Shown: piece after piece, positions 29,737 to 40,239 of the stretch
Position numbering within the stretch: the stretch's first letter is position 1
Layout of the letters: each line of letters starts with the position of its first letter
Source: Candidatus Limnocylindrales bacterium
GTDB lineage: Bacteria > Chloroflexota > Limnocylindria > Limnocylindrales > CSP1-4
NCBI GenBank assembly: GCA_038251965.1
Contig: JBBSAV010000003.1
Coordinates: forward strand, 2,062 to 66,061
Reading direction: 5' to 3'
Length of the DNA: 64,000 nt
Notes under the pieces: generated by a model
Databases searched by the model: none
Told to the model about the DNA's origin: nothing
The model's input: the letters and a program-made list of their open reading frames with translations, nothing else
Program-made: the position numbers and the translations under genes

Positions 29737-29782
29737 TGCATGACTATGCAATAATCGGCCTGCACGCGCATGTTAATGCAGG
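29737..29782 (+). promoter_or_regulatory. Candidate ARG boxes upstream of argG
   Basis: tgcatgactatgcaataa (29737-29754) and gcgcatgttaatgcagg (29766-29782): AT-rich TGCAT/ATGCA half-site pairs in an otherwise GC-rich intergenic region. Confidence 0.45.
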
Positions 29783-29915
29783 ACAGTGAGCCTCGACAGC
29801 GCCGTGTACCTCGCACATCCGGGGCGTTCGGCGTGCGCCGGACGCCCCTCGTGCACCCATAGCATCAAGCGCGAGTCGCAGGGGCTCGCTATCCAGGCAC
29901 AAGGTTCGGAGGTAC

Positions 29916-31175
<1,260 letters not shown>

Positions 31176-31178
31176 CAC

Positions 31179-32600
31179 ATGAAGGCTTGGGGTGGCCGCT
31201 TCAGCGCCCGACCGGATGCCGATGCGGCCGCCTTCGGGCGCTCCATCGAGGTCGATGTCGAGCTGGCGATCGAAGACATCGCCGGCTCGCTCGCCCACGT
31301 CGCGGGCCTGGTGCGAGCGGGGCTCCTGAGCGCAGCTGAGGCCGAGGCCATCAGTGGGGGCCTGCGCTCGATCGAGGCGGATGTGCGCGACGGTTCCATC
31401 GAGTGGGACCCCGCGCACGAAGACATCCACATGAACGTGGAGATGGTGCTGACCGAGCGCATCGGCCCCGTGGCCGGCAAGCTCCACACCGGCCGCTCAC
31501 GCAACGACCAGGTCGCCACCGACCTGCGGCTGTACCTGCGACGCCGCATCGGCGAGATCCACGCCGCCATCATCGGCCTGGAACGGGCGCTCGTGGGCCT
31601 GGGTCTGGCCCATCGGGATGCGGTCATGCCTGGCCACACCCACGTGCAGCCGGCCCAACCGGTGTTGTTCGCGCATCACCTGCTGGCCTACGTGGAGATG
31701 CTGGAGCGCGACCGCGGCCGCTTCTCCGATGCGCTGGGACGCGCGGCGTTGTCGCCGTTGGGCTCCGGTGCGCTCGCAGGCGCCGGGTTCGCGCTGGATC
31801 GTGAGGCCACTGCGGAGGCGCTCGGCTTTGCCGGCGTCACCCACAACTCCATCGACGCGGTGGGCGACCGCGACCCGGTGGTGGAGACCGTCAGCGCGGC
31901 TGCGCTGACGATGGCGCACCTCTCCCGCCTGGCCGAGGAGATCGTGTGGTGGAGCAACCCCAACTTCGGCTTCGTGCGGCCAGCGGATGCCTGGTCGACA
32001 GGCTCATCGATGATGCCCAACAAGCGCAACCCAGATCCCGCCGAGCTCGTCCGTGGTCGCAGCGCGCGCGTCATCGGCCATCTCGTCACCGCGCTGACCC
32101 TGCTCAAGGGGCTACCTGGCGGCTACCAGCGTGATCTGCAAGAGGACAAGCCAGCACTGATCGATGCACTGTCCGTGCTGGAGTCGTCACTGGACGTGAT
32201 GGCCGGCATGGTGGCCACGCTGCAGATCGACGAGGCGCGCATGCTGGCCGCCGCGACGACCGGCTACACGACTGCGACGGCCGTGGCCGATGCCCTCGTG
32301 GAGATGGGTGTGCCCTTCCGCGACGGGCACCACATCGTGGGTTCGCTGGTGGCGCGGGCGGAGGCGGCCAGTGTGGAGCTGACCGAGCTTCCCGATGCTG
32401 ATATCGCCGCTGCGCTGGCCGATTCGGCCGATCCGGTCGCGCGAGGCGCCGCGTCGGACCCCGAGGTGGCCGGTGAGCTCCGCGTCGCTGCCCGGCTTGA
32501 GAATGCCCTCGCGCGCCCTGATGTCGTCGGCGGCACCGCACCGGGTCGCGTACAGACCGAGTTGACCGCAGCGGCCGTTCGCCTGGGCATCGCCGAGTAG
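31179..32600 (+). CDS. argH: Argininosuccinate lyase
   Basis: WGGRFS N-terminus, GSSMMPNKRNPD signature loop, TGRSRNDQV. Confidence 0.94.
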   Translation: MKAWGGRFSARPDADAAAFGRSIEVDVELAIEDIAGSLAHVAGLVRAGLLSAAEAEAISGGLRSIEADVRDGSIEWDPAHEDIHMNVEMVLTERIGPVAGKLHTGRSRNDQVATDLRLYLRRRIGEIHAAIIGLERALVGLGLAHRDAVMPGHTHVQPAQPVLFAHHLLAYVEMLERDRGRFSDALGRAALSPLGSGALAGAGFALDREATAEALGFAGVTHNSIDAVGDRDPVVETVSAAALTMAHLSRLAEEIVWWSNPNFGFVRPADAWSTGSSMMPNKRNPDPAELVRGRSARVIGHLVTALTLLKGLPGGYQRDLQEDKPALIDALSVLESSLDVMAGMVATLQIDEARMLAAATTGYTTATAVADALVEMGVPFRDGHHIVGSLVARAEAASVELTELPDADIAAALADSADPVARGAASDPEVAGELRVAARLENALARPDVVGGTAPGRVQTELTAAAVRLGIAE

Positions 32601-32674
32601 GCACGATCGGGCGCCACGGACCAGCACGCAAGTTCCCGATCAGTAGGCGTCTGGTGCTTCGACCGACGCCGACG

Positions 32675-33640
32675 TCAGGTGGGTCGTCTCCGGCTGACCA
32701 CGGCGAAGCTCAGGAGCAGCCCCGTGCCCCCGATGGTCAGGGCCGCCGCCGTCTCGGCCGCCTCGAAGTCGGAGAAGCGCTCGAGCGGGACGACGAGTTC
32801 CATCCGCGTGACGTGCTGTTCCTCCCACGTGTCCCAATCGGTGTCGAGTAGCTGCGCATCGAACCAGGCATAGAGCTGGCTCTCGGACATCGGCGAGCCC
32901 TCGTCGATACGGTACTGCTCCCGGAGGTGGAGCAGGCTCGGGACAGGGTCCCCGGAGTACCCGGGGTACCCGGAGTCGACCTGCCAGACGGCCCACGACT
33001 GCGCCAGGCTGGCCGCCAGGGCCGTCGAGCCGACCAGCGCAAGGGTCATCGCCAGCAGCGCCGAGAGCAAGAACGCGGGCAGGGTCCGACCCAGGACGGC
33101 ACCGGCCAGCACGGCTAGGCCGAAGGCCATCAGGCCACGGGCGATGAAGGTCAGGCCCTGCGAGCCGAGGTGGTTCATGCGAGGCACGTAGGCGCCGGGG
33201 TTCGATTCCCGCGTCAGCAGGACGCCGAGCAGCGCGATCAGGATCAGGCTCGCGAGGAGGAGCGCGCCCATCGGCAGCAGCCGTTGCAGGAACCAGCGGA
33301 CGCGGCTGGCGGCCAGCGACCACGCGAGCGGCGCAGTACGGACCTCAAGCTCCCGTCCCACGAGCGGCACGCCGAGGATGAGCCCGAGGAGCACTGGCAA
33401 CAGACCGGCGCCGGCGCCCATGAGCCAGCTCGCCTCGTCCGCGCGGATGCGGTTGAAGGCGTCCAGCACCGACCGGCAGGAGGGGTCACTGCTCTCGAGC
33501 AGGCACTCGGACGGCCCTACGGTGATGAGGCGGCTGGTGACCACGACGATGGCCACCGTCGTCGCGAGCACGAGCGCGAGGAACACCAGGACCTCACCGC
33601 GGTGGATCCGGTAGGTCAGTCGCGCGACGCTGAGCATCAC
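32675..33640 (-). CDS. ABC-2-type transporter permease (uncharacterised family)
   Basis: 321 aa with an N-terminal TM, a large loop and several C-terminal TMs. Its start overlaps the ATPase stop by 4 nt. Confidence 0.6.
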   Translation of the reverse strand: MMLSVARLTYRIHRGEVLVFLALVLATTVAIVVVTSRLITVGPSECLLESSDPSCRSVLDAFNRIRADEASWLMGAGAGLLPVLLGLILGVPLVGRELEVRTAPLAWSLAASRVRWFLQRLLPMGALLLASLILIALLGVLLTRESNPGAYVPRMNHLGSQGLTFIARGLMAFGLAVLAGAVLGRTLPAFLLSALLAMTLALVGSTALAASLAQSWAVWQVDSGYPGYSGDPVPSLLHLREQYRIDEGSPMSESQLYAWFDAQLLDTDWDTWEEQHVTRMELVVPLERFSDFEAAETAAALTIGGTGLLLSFAVVSRRRPT

Positions 33641-34515
33641 GGTGCGGCCGAGCCTTCCGGCCCAACAGTGGAACCGCGGGACGAAGCGAGGTAGCCCATG
33701 ACCAGCTCCTCCAGGGTGGGCACCGGGAGGCTCGGGTCATCCGACCGTCGCAGGCGTATGGGCGGACCTCCGGGGCGACGGAACGTCCCGATGTCGTCCA
33801 CGGCCGGGCTTCCGTTGGCATAGACCCGATGCGAGTTCAGGGCCGCCTCGGTCGGGCCCTGTAGGGCGACGCGACCAGCGCTGAGCACGATCAGCCAGTC
33901 ACAGACGTGCTCGACGTCGCTGACGATGTGTGAGGCGAGCAGGACGGTCACGCTGCGCGAGCGGACCTCGTCGAGAAGGATGGCGAGGAACTCCCCGCGC
34001 GCGAGCGGGTCGAGCGAGGCCAGTGGCTCGTCGAGCAGGTACACCGGGGCCCGTGTCCCGAGCGCGAGGGCCAGCGCCACCTGCGCCTGCTGGCCCCCGG
34101 ACAGCTCGCCCGCCCGACGGTCCAACGGGATGCGCATCCGCTCCAACAGGTCGATGGCGTCGTCGCGATCGAACCCCGGTCGGAGCGTGCGCCCGAGCTC
34201 GATGTGGTCCGCGACCGTCAGGCCAGCGTAGAGGCCCACCGACTGCGAGAGGTAGCCGACCTGCAGGAGTGCCTCACGACCGTGCCGACGGACGTCTAGG
34301 CCCATGACGCGGAGCGCACCCCGCTGCGGTCGCTCGAACCCCACCCACGAACGGATGAGCGTCGACTTGCCCGCGCCATTGGGCCCGATGAGGGCGGCGA
34401 TCGCGCCCACCGGGACGGCGACATCCACGTCCTCGAGCACCATCGGGGCCTCCCGTCGATACCGATGGGAGACCCCGATGGCCTCAAGCGCTGGAACCGA
34501 GGTCGTGAGGCTCAC
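33637..34515 (-). CDS. ABC transporter ATP-binding protein
   Basis: Walker A GPNGAGKST, signature LSGGQQ, Walker B YLLDEP, H-loop ASH. Has a ~60-aa C-terminal extension. Confidence 0.88.
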   Translation of the reverse strand: MSLTTSVPALEAIGVSHRYRREAPMVLEDVDVAVPVGAIAALIGPNGAGKSTLIRSWVGFERPQRGALRVMGLDVRRHGREALLQVGYLSQSVGLYAGLTVADHIELGRTLRPGFDRDDAIDLLERMRIPLDRRAGELSGGQQAQVALALALGTRAPVYLLDEPLASLDPLARGEFLAILLDEVRSRSVTVLLASHIVSDVEHVCDWLIVLSAGRVALQGPTEAALNSHRVYANGSPAVDDIGTFRRPGGPPIRLRRSDDPSLPVPTLEELVMGYLASSRGSTVGPEGSAAP

Positions 34516-34558
34516 GAGCGCCGTATGTTTACGTCTTGAGCCTCTCGCGAACCCACGA

Positions 34559-35011
34559 TCAGCAGCCCTGCCAACTCTCCCGCCAACGTAGACTCGATGG
34601 CGTGTCGCTCCAGGTCGGGCTGAGGTCGATACGGACGCCGTTCAACGGGCCGAGCTTGTTCTGAATCACGGTGCCGTTGTCGACATCCCTGTACAGGCAG
34701 AACCGCTTGCCGTCTGGAACCCAGATCGTATACGAGGACACACAATCGTTCCAGGTGCCAGATGGCGGCCAGGGCCGGTTGCAATCTCCAGACAGGGTGT
34801 GGGAGATGTCGCGCAGCCAGTCCTCCGCGACGCAGACCCACACGGAATCGTTGCCGTCGCTCGTGTCTGACTCCTCGTTCTCCCACAATCGAACCTTCGT
34901 GGCGTCACCAGATGAGCAACTACCCTGCGTACCAGCCAATGCTTCGCCCGGCACGAGCATCAGCAGTGCAACCAAGCCGCCAACCACGGCGAGTCTGAGC
35001 GTACCCAACAC
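34559..35011 (-). CDS. Secreted six-Cys, Trp-rich beta/gamma-crystallin-like (peptidase-inhibitor-I36-like) protein
   Basis: GTG/TTG start after aaggggg. Signal peptide LAVVGGLVALLMLVPGEALA. Greek-key-like signatures VRLWENEE..G...WNDCVSSYTIW and FCLYRDVDNG...WSDTPSSLRW. Lower GC than its neighbours. Confidence 0.55.
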   Translation of the reverse strand: MLGTLRLAVVGGLVALLMLVPGEALAGTQGSCSSGDATKVRLWENEESDTSDGNDSVWVCVAEDWLRDISHTLSGDCNRPWPPSGTWNDCVSSYTIWVPDGKRFCLYRDVDNGTVIQNKLGPLNGVRIDLSPTWSDTPSSLRWRESWQGC

Positions 35012-35069
35012 GCACCCCCTTCCGATTGGGAAGACTTCGTGCCGAATGGCCGCTCTCAATCTACTCAAG

Positions 35070-35098
35070 ACAGTACATCTCAAGGCGAGGCATGTCAA
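35070..35098 (-). promoter_or_regulatory. Sigma70-like promoter for the Cys-rich protein/ABC operon
   Basis: Minus strand reads TTGACA (35098-35093), a 17-nt spacer, then TACTGT (35075-35070), about 60 nt upstream of the predicted start. Confidence 0.4.
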
Positions 35099-35192
35099 TG
35101 ATATCGTGTAATCTAACTCATGATGTTTAGGACCAGTGAGTATGTCGCAACTCGCGCATTTGGGACGCTGCTTCTCCCCGGGATACGAGTTC

Positions 35193-35465
35193 ATGTCTGA
35201 TTGGCACCTGCTTAGCACCTATGCGCTCGTCTTGCTGGCCATCGGCAACGACAACACCGCGACGCTGCGGCAAATCGGAGATGCGGTAGGGATCACCGAG
35301 CGCTCTACGCACCGCATCGTGGCGGAGTTGGTCGATGGCGGCTATCTCCACGTCACCAAGAACGGACGCAGGAACGTGTATCGCATCGAAGAGGAAGCTC
35401 GCCTCCGCCACCCGCTGACCCGAGATATCGAGGTTGGGGCACTGCTCGACCTCCTCAATGCATAG
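35193..35465 (+). CDS. Winged helix-turn-helix (ArsR/MarR-like) DNA-binding protein
   Basis: TLRQIGDAVGITERSTHRIVAELVDGGYLHVTKNGRRNVYRI. The ORF is open from 35136. Divergent from the Cys-rich protein gene. Confidence 0.7.
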   Translation: MSDWHLLSTYALVLLAIGNDNTATLRQIGDAVGITERSTHRIVAELVDGGYLHVTKNGRRNVYRIEEEARLRHPLTRDIEVGALLDLLNA

Positions 35466-35510
35466 TGGGAGCAGGAACCCGCGATCGTCGCGGCGGCGAG
35501 CCACCTCAAC

Positions 35511-35909
35511 TCAGCCTGCGTGCGGCACCTCGATCCGGCACTCGAGGCCCACCACGCTCGCGAGCCTGGTATCCAGCGTTAGGAGTGTGCCGTCCAAGGC
35601 TTCGGCCAGCGCCACGTAGAGGGCATCCCAGCTTCGCACGCGATCCCGCAGTTCCCAGGCACGGGCGAGCAGTGCCCGGTGGCCGAACCGCTCTCCAGGC
35701 CAGTCACGAAGATCTTCGACAGCCTGGTTGGCGGAAGTTCGGTCGAGTCGCCCGAGCATGAGATCACGCCGGATGATGCCGAGAACCTCAGCATCGACAA
35801 GGTGGGGCGCCGCCTGATCATCGTCGGCCAACATGCGTCGTCGCACGTCGTCGGCCAAGACCCCGTCAGCCACGACCTCGTAGAGACACGACGCGTCAAC
35901 GATCAGCAT
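35511..35909 (-). CDS. vapC: Type II toxin, PIN-domain ribonuclease VapC
   Basis: MLIVDASCLYEVV (first acidic residue), HLVDAEV, SWDALYVALAE, LLTLDTRL. Overlaps the antitoxin gene by 14 nt. Confidence 0.88.
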   Translation of the reverse strand: MLIVDASCLYEVVADGVLADDVRRRMLADDDQAAPHLVDAEVLGIIRRDLMLGRLDRTSANQAVEDLRDWPGERFGHRALLARAWELRDRVRSWDALYVALAEALDGTLLTLDTRLASVVGLECRIEVPHAG

Positions 35910-36141
35910 CGGGCCACGGGCCTCGGGATTCGTCGAGTGCCTGAAGGATGTCGGTTCGCGCGATGCCCGAAGGACGACGTTGCGTTCGCGCCAGCCACTC
36001 CTCCATTGACGGTCGACTTACCAGCCTCGCGGCCTCGCGTCGCAACAGATCGGGCACGGTAAGGCCGGCCTCGCCGGCGCGCTTGACCAAGCCGACATAG
36101 ACCTCATCGGCGACATCACGGATCTGGATGGTCTTGGGCAT
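35896..36141 (-). CDS. vapB: Type II antitoxin (ribbon-helix-helix, VapB/FitA-like)
   Basis: MPKTIQIRDVADEVYVGLVKRAGEAGLTVPDLLRREA. 81 aa, immediately upstream of and overlapping vapC. Confidence 0.8.
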   Translation of the reverse strand: MPKTIQIRDVADEVYVGLVKRAGEAGLTVPDLLRREAARLVSRPSMEEWLARTQRRPSGIARTDILQALDESRGPWPDADR

Positions 36142-36203
36142 AACCGCATCCTATCATGCGTATGTGCATGTCTCCAGACCTCTGCGCATGTGCGCCACAG
36201 GAT

Positions 36204-37514
36204 CTACGCCGGTTCGACGCGCGCCCTCGAGACGGTGACCGTCTCACCATCCACCACGATCTCGGCGGGGATGGGGTGCGACAGGAACAGCGGCATCGAT
36301 TCGCTGTAGCCGTACGCTCCGGCATCGCGGACGGCGTAGAGATCGCCGGCTCGGGGACGCGGGGCAGCGACGGCCGAGGCCAGGATGTCAATTGCGGTGC
36401 ACAGCGGGCCGACAAGGTCGACCCGCGCATCAACGACACGGTCGGCGGCTGCACCCACAGGCACCACGCGATGATCTTGCCCCACGAGCCTAGGGCGTAA
36501 CAGGTGGTGGATGCCACCATCGCTGATGGCCACGTGATTGCCGCCGCGCTCCTTGGTGCGGATCACCCGGCACACATAGGCGCCGGACGGGCCAGCCAGC
36601 CAGCGGCCCGGCTCAAGCAAGAGGCGCGCTCCTGCGAGCGTCGGTCGCTGGGCCCAGCTGGTGACCTCGCCACGGAGCCCCTCCCCCAACGCAACGATGT
36701 CGAGCGGGTCCTCGTCGTCGGCATAGGGGATGCCAAGGCCGCCACCGGCATCGAGCACCTCTATCTCGAGGCTGTGACGGGCCGCGATCATCTCGGCGCG
36801 ACGTGCCAGGTCGACCGCTCCCTCGACCAGGACCGCGGCTTCCCTCACGTTCGACGCGCCGAAAGCATGGAGGCCTCGCAGGCTGAACGGGCCCTCCGGC
36901 GCCAGCGCACCGCTCCGTCGGAGTCGATCGACCGACTCGTTGGCCTCTTCGTCGGTCAGCCCGAACTTGACGTTGCCAGGCCCGCCGATGATGGGCCTGC
37001 CCTCACCATCTCCAGCAGTGGCCAGTCGCAGCATCAGGCCCTGCCCGCGGTGCGCCAACGTCGCCATCGAGATGATCACGTCGAGCTCGTCGAGAGACTC
37101 GATGGTCAATGCCCCGACCCCGACCCGCAGCGCCTCTTCCAACTCAGCATCGGTCTTTCCAGGGCCGGTGAACACGACCCGCTCAGGGTGGAAGCCGGCA
37201 CGGATGACCGCTCGCAGCTCACCGCCAGACGCCACATCCGCGCCCAAGCCAGCGCCACGCAGCGTCGCCAGCACGGCAGGTGAGGGATTGGCCTTGGTGG
37301 CGAAGGCGATGTCCACTACGGTCGGGAGAGCAGCTCGCAAGGCGGCCGCCCGAGCGCGCAGCACGGCGGCGTCGTAGACGTAGAGCGGACTGCCGAAGCG
37401 GGCCATCAGGTCATCGACATCCAGTCCCGCCACGGACCGCCCGAGCCTGATCGACGGCGCCACCTGACGCGATCGGTCTGACCCGATGGCACGCGGTGAC
37501 CCAACGGCCGTCAT
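36204..37514 (-). CDS. lysA: Diaminopimelate decarboxylase
   Basis: GSPLYVYD, PLP-Lys context FATKANP, GGGLGIPY, LEPGRWLAG, GPLCTAID. Its ATG overlaps the dapD stop (ATGA at 37511-37514). Confidence 0.92.
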   Translation of the reverse strand: MTAVGSPRAIGSDRSRQVAPSIRLGRSVAGLDVDDLMARFGSPLYVYDAAVLRARAAALRAALPTVVDIAFATKANPSPAVLATLRGAGLGADVASGGELRAVIRAGFHPERVVFTGPGKTDAELEEALRVGVGALTIESLDELDVIISMATLAHRGQGLMLRLATAGDGEGRPIIGGPGNVKFGLTDEEANESVDRLRRSGALAPEGPFSLRGLHAFGASNVREAAVLVEGAVDLARRAEMIAARHSLEIEVLDAGGGLGIPYADDEDPLDIVALGEGLRGEVTSWAQRPTLAGARLLLEPGRWLAGPSGAYVCRVIRTKERGGNHVAISDGGIHHLLRPRLVGQDHRVVPVGAAADRVVDARVDLVGPLCTAIDILASAVAAPRPRAGDLYAVRDAGAYGYSESMPLFLSHPIPAEIVVDGETVTVSRARVEPA

Positions 37515-38416
37515 CTCAGCGCGTCCTCCAGCGCCACTCGCGCGTCGGTGCCCGCATCGCGGTACTTCACGATCAGCGGCACCGTCACCGAGATGCCCTG
37601 CTCGCGTGCCCAGACGGAGGTTGCCGGGCGCGTCCCCGGGATCACCACGGCATCTGCCGGGACCACAAGTGGCGATTCGGGCGTGCCGCGCAGTTCCCGC
37701 TCGGTCACCAGATCGATGAGGCGGCTTTGCCCGGTGATGATGGTGCCGGCCGCGATGACCGCCCCCTGGCTCACGGTGACGCCCTCGTAGATCCCGACGC
37801 CGCCACCAAGGAACGCCCCATCCTCGACGATCACCGGACGCGCACCGGCCGGCTCCAACACACCACCGATCTGGACCGCGGCCGAGAGGTGGACGTCCCG
37901 GCCGACCTGCGCACACGATCCGACGAGCACGTGCGAATCGATCATCGAGCCGCGGCCGACCCAGGCGCCCACGTTGACGAACGACGGCGGCATGATGGCC
38001 ACACCGGGCTCAAGATGTGCGCCGCCGCGGACAGACGAACCGCCGGGCACGATGCGCCAGGGCGCCCCTGCGACCGAAGCTGCCCGAGAGCCCTCGCTCT
38101 CTAGCAGGTCCAGCGTGCCGAAGGCGGACTTGTCGCGGCCGGCGGTGATGGGTCCATCGCGGACCTCGGTCATGCCCGGCAACCGGAACCCCAGCAGGAT
38201 GCCCGTCTTGACCCAGGCGTCGATGCGCCAACCACCCTCGATGGTCGCATCGGGGGTGGCGGCACGAACATCGCCTGCCTCGAGCGCCGCGACGAGGTCG
38301 GCCACCACGGCACGAGCCTCGTCGACCAACTCGGCGCCCGGTGGATCGTCGGCAGCGCGCCAGTCGGCATCGGCCGCCACGACCCGTGACCGAAGCGACG
38401 TCGGGTCAGGGCTCAT
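37511..38416 (-). CDS. dapD: Tetrahydrodipicolinate N-succinyltransferase
   Basis: GGWRIDAWVKTGILLGFR, followed by hexapeptide-repeat left-handed beta-helix segments (GAWVGRGSMIDSHVLVGSCAQVG...). Confidence 0.85.
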   Translation of the reverse strand: MSPDPTSLRSRVVAADADWRAADDPPGAELVDEARAVVADLVAALEAGDVRAATPDATIEGGWRIDAWVKTGILLGFRLPGMTEVRDGPITAGRDKSAFGTLDLLESEGSRAASVAGAPWRIVPGGSSVRGGAHLEPGVAIMPPSFVNVGAWVGRGSMIDSHVLVGSCAQVGRDVHLSAAVQIGGVLEPAGARPVIVEDGAFLGGGVGIYEGVTVSQGAVIAAGTIITGQSRLIDLVTERELRGTPESPLVVPADAVVIPGTRPATSVWAREQGISVTVPLIVKYRDAGTDARVALEDALR

Positions 38417-39342
38417 GCAGCGGCCTCCGCGGCCGGGGCGAGCAGGTCGAGATCAGCCAGGACCGTACGCAGTCGGACCCGGTTGGCATCGTCGAGAGGC
38501 AGCAGCGGCTGGCGCAGGACGTCGTTGATGAGGCCCATCTCCGCCATGGCGGCCTTCACCGGCACGGGGTTGGAGGTGAGGAAGTTGGCGCGGAAGAGCC
38601 CCAGGTGGCGTTCGTGGATGCGTCGCGCTCGATCCCAGTCGCCCGCGAGCGCCGCGGCACACAGCTCCACCATCACCGCTGGGATCTCGTTCGAGGCGAC
38701 CGAGATGACACCGTCGCCGCCGACACCCAAGATGGGCAGCGTCCAGCTGTCGTCGCCCGACAGGACCGCGAAGCCCTCCGGCCGGTCGCGCGTGATGGTC
38801 ATGATCTGCTCCATGTTCGCCGAGGCCTCCTTGACGGCCACGATGCGAGGATGCTCAGCGAGGCGCAACAGCGTGTCGGCGTCGACGTTCCCGCCGGTTC
38901 GGCCGGGCACGTTGTAGACCACGATGGGCAGGCCACCATCGTCGGCGATGGCTCGGTAGTGCGCCTCGAGCATGCGCTGGTCCGGCTTGTTGTAGTAGGG
39001 CGAGACGACCAGCGCCGCGTCCGCTCCAAGGCCGGCTGCTCGTCGCGTGTAGTCGATGGCGTGCTGGGTCACGTTGGATCCGGTGCCAGCCACCACGGGC
39101 GTGCTGCCTGCCAGGCCGCGTCGGCGCACCGTCTCGACCGTCAGCTCGATGACGCGCTGATCTTCCTCGGCCGTGAGCGTCGGCGACTCGCCCGTCGTGC
39201 CCACGGGCACCAGGCCGTTGATGCCGGCGTCGAGCTGGCGTTCGACCAGTCGGACGAGTGTGGCCTCGTCAAGCTCGCCGGTCGGGGTCAGGGGTGTGAC
39301 CAGGGCGGTGAAGGCTCCGCGGAGGGTCAGTGTCGGGGTCAT
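38413..39342 (-). CDS. dapA: 4-hydroxy-tetrahydrodipicolinate synthase
   Basis: GAFTALVTPLT, VPVGTTGESPTL, VYNVPGRTG, IVAVKEAS (Schiff-base Lys). Confidence 0.93.
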   Translation of the reverse strand: MTPTLTLRGAFTALVTPLTPTGELDEATLVRLVERQLDAGINGLVPVGTTGESPTLTAEEDQRVIELTVETVRRRGLAGSTPVVAGTGSNVTQHAIDYTRRAAGLGADAALVVSPYYNKPDQRMLEAHYRAIADDGGLPIVVYNVPGRTGGNVDADTLLRLAEHPRIVAVKEASANMEQIMTITRDRPEGFAVLSGDDSWTLPILGVGGDGVISVASNEIPAVMVELCAAALAGDWDRARRIHERHLGLFRANFLTSNPVPVKAAMAEMGLINDVLRQPLLPLDDANRVRLRTVLADLDLLAPAAEAAA

Positions 39343-39398
39343 GTCAGGATGTTCCTTTCGATGTCTTGAGCCATTACGTAGGTCAGGCGTTGCGTAGG

Positions 39399-40151
39399 TC
39401 AGGCGGTCCGTTCGTGGACCAGGGTTGTGAAGTCGGTGATCCCGGTGCGGCCCGGATCCGCTATCAGCGTGTCTGCCGCGAGGAGGGCTCCGGCCACGTA
39501 GGCGGAGCGGTCACGTGCCGCGATGCGGATCTCGAGTGACTCACCGGGGCCGTCGAAGCCGACGGTGTGCATCCCGGGGTGGCTGCCGGCTCGCAGTGCG
39601 ACCACCTCCAGCACGTCTGGGTCTGGCGCGCCCGACCCGGTGGCCAGACGCGCCTCGCGCTTCGAAGGGAGGTACGGGATGAGACGGTTGGCGACGGCCA
39701 GTGCGGTGCCCGAGGGCCGATCCGCCTTGGCTGCTCGATGCTGCTCGAACAAGTAGGCATCGTAGTCGCCGAAGCTGCCGAAGAGGCGGGCGGCGTATTC
39801 GGCGATGTCACCGAAGAGGACGGCGCCCAGACTGAAGGTCGGCGCGACCACGGCTCGGGCTCCGGCGTCGTCGAGACGGGAGGCGAGGGACTGACCGGTC
39901 GCGTCTTCAGGCCGCCAGCCAGTGGTGCCGATGACGAACGAGCGGCAACCTGCGGAAAGCGCGAGGTCCACGTGCTCGAGCAGCGTGGAGTCGTGGCTGA
40001 ATTCGAAGGCGACATCGACAGACCCGACCTCGGCGAGGGTCGGGTATCCGGTCTCGCGGCCGGCCATGGCCACCACCTCGTCGCCCCTCGCCTGAAGCGC
40101 GCTAGCGATGGCCAGGCCCATGTTGCCAGTCCCGGTGATGAGTGCTCGCAT
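39399..40151 (-). CDS. dapB: 4-hydroxy-tetrahydrodipicolinate reductase
   Basis: MRALITGTGNMG Rossmann N-terminus and EQHRAAKADRPSGTA (E-x-H-x-x-x-K-x-D-x-PSGTA signature). Confidence 0.88.
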   Translation of the reverse strand: MRALITGTGNMGLAIASALQARGDEVVAMAGRETGYPTLAEVGSVDVAFEFSHDSTLLEHVDLALSAGCRSFVIGTTGWRPEDATGQSLASRLDDAGARAVVAPTFSLGAVLFGDIAEYAARLFGSFGDYDAYLFEQHRAAKADRPSGTALAVANRLIPYLPSKREARLATGSGAPDPDVLEVVALRAGSHPGMHTVGFDGPGESLEIRIAARDRSAYVAGALLAADTLIADPGRTGITDFTTLVHERTA

Positions 40152-40197
40152 CGTCTGTCCTCGTCGTTGGCGAGGTCGCTATGGCGTCGGCTTCGAG

Positions 40198-40239
40198 CAA
40201 ACAAAAAGACCGCAGTCACCCTTGTCGGTGTCTGCGGCC
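40198..40239 (-). terminator. Rho-independent terminator 47 nt upstream of the dapB start
   Basis: Minus strand: GGCCGCAG-A-CACC-GACAAG-GGTG-A-CTGCGGTC followed by TTTTTGTTTG. 12 paired positions and a U-tract. Confidence 0.8.

Noticed and set aside
33185-33215. tRNA-like T-arm string ggggttcgattcccgc
   Set aside because: No complementary acceptor stem, D-arm or anticodon arm in the flanks. It lies inside the ABC-2 permease coding region, so it is a chance match.
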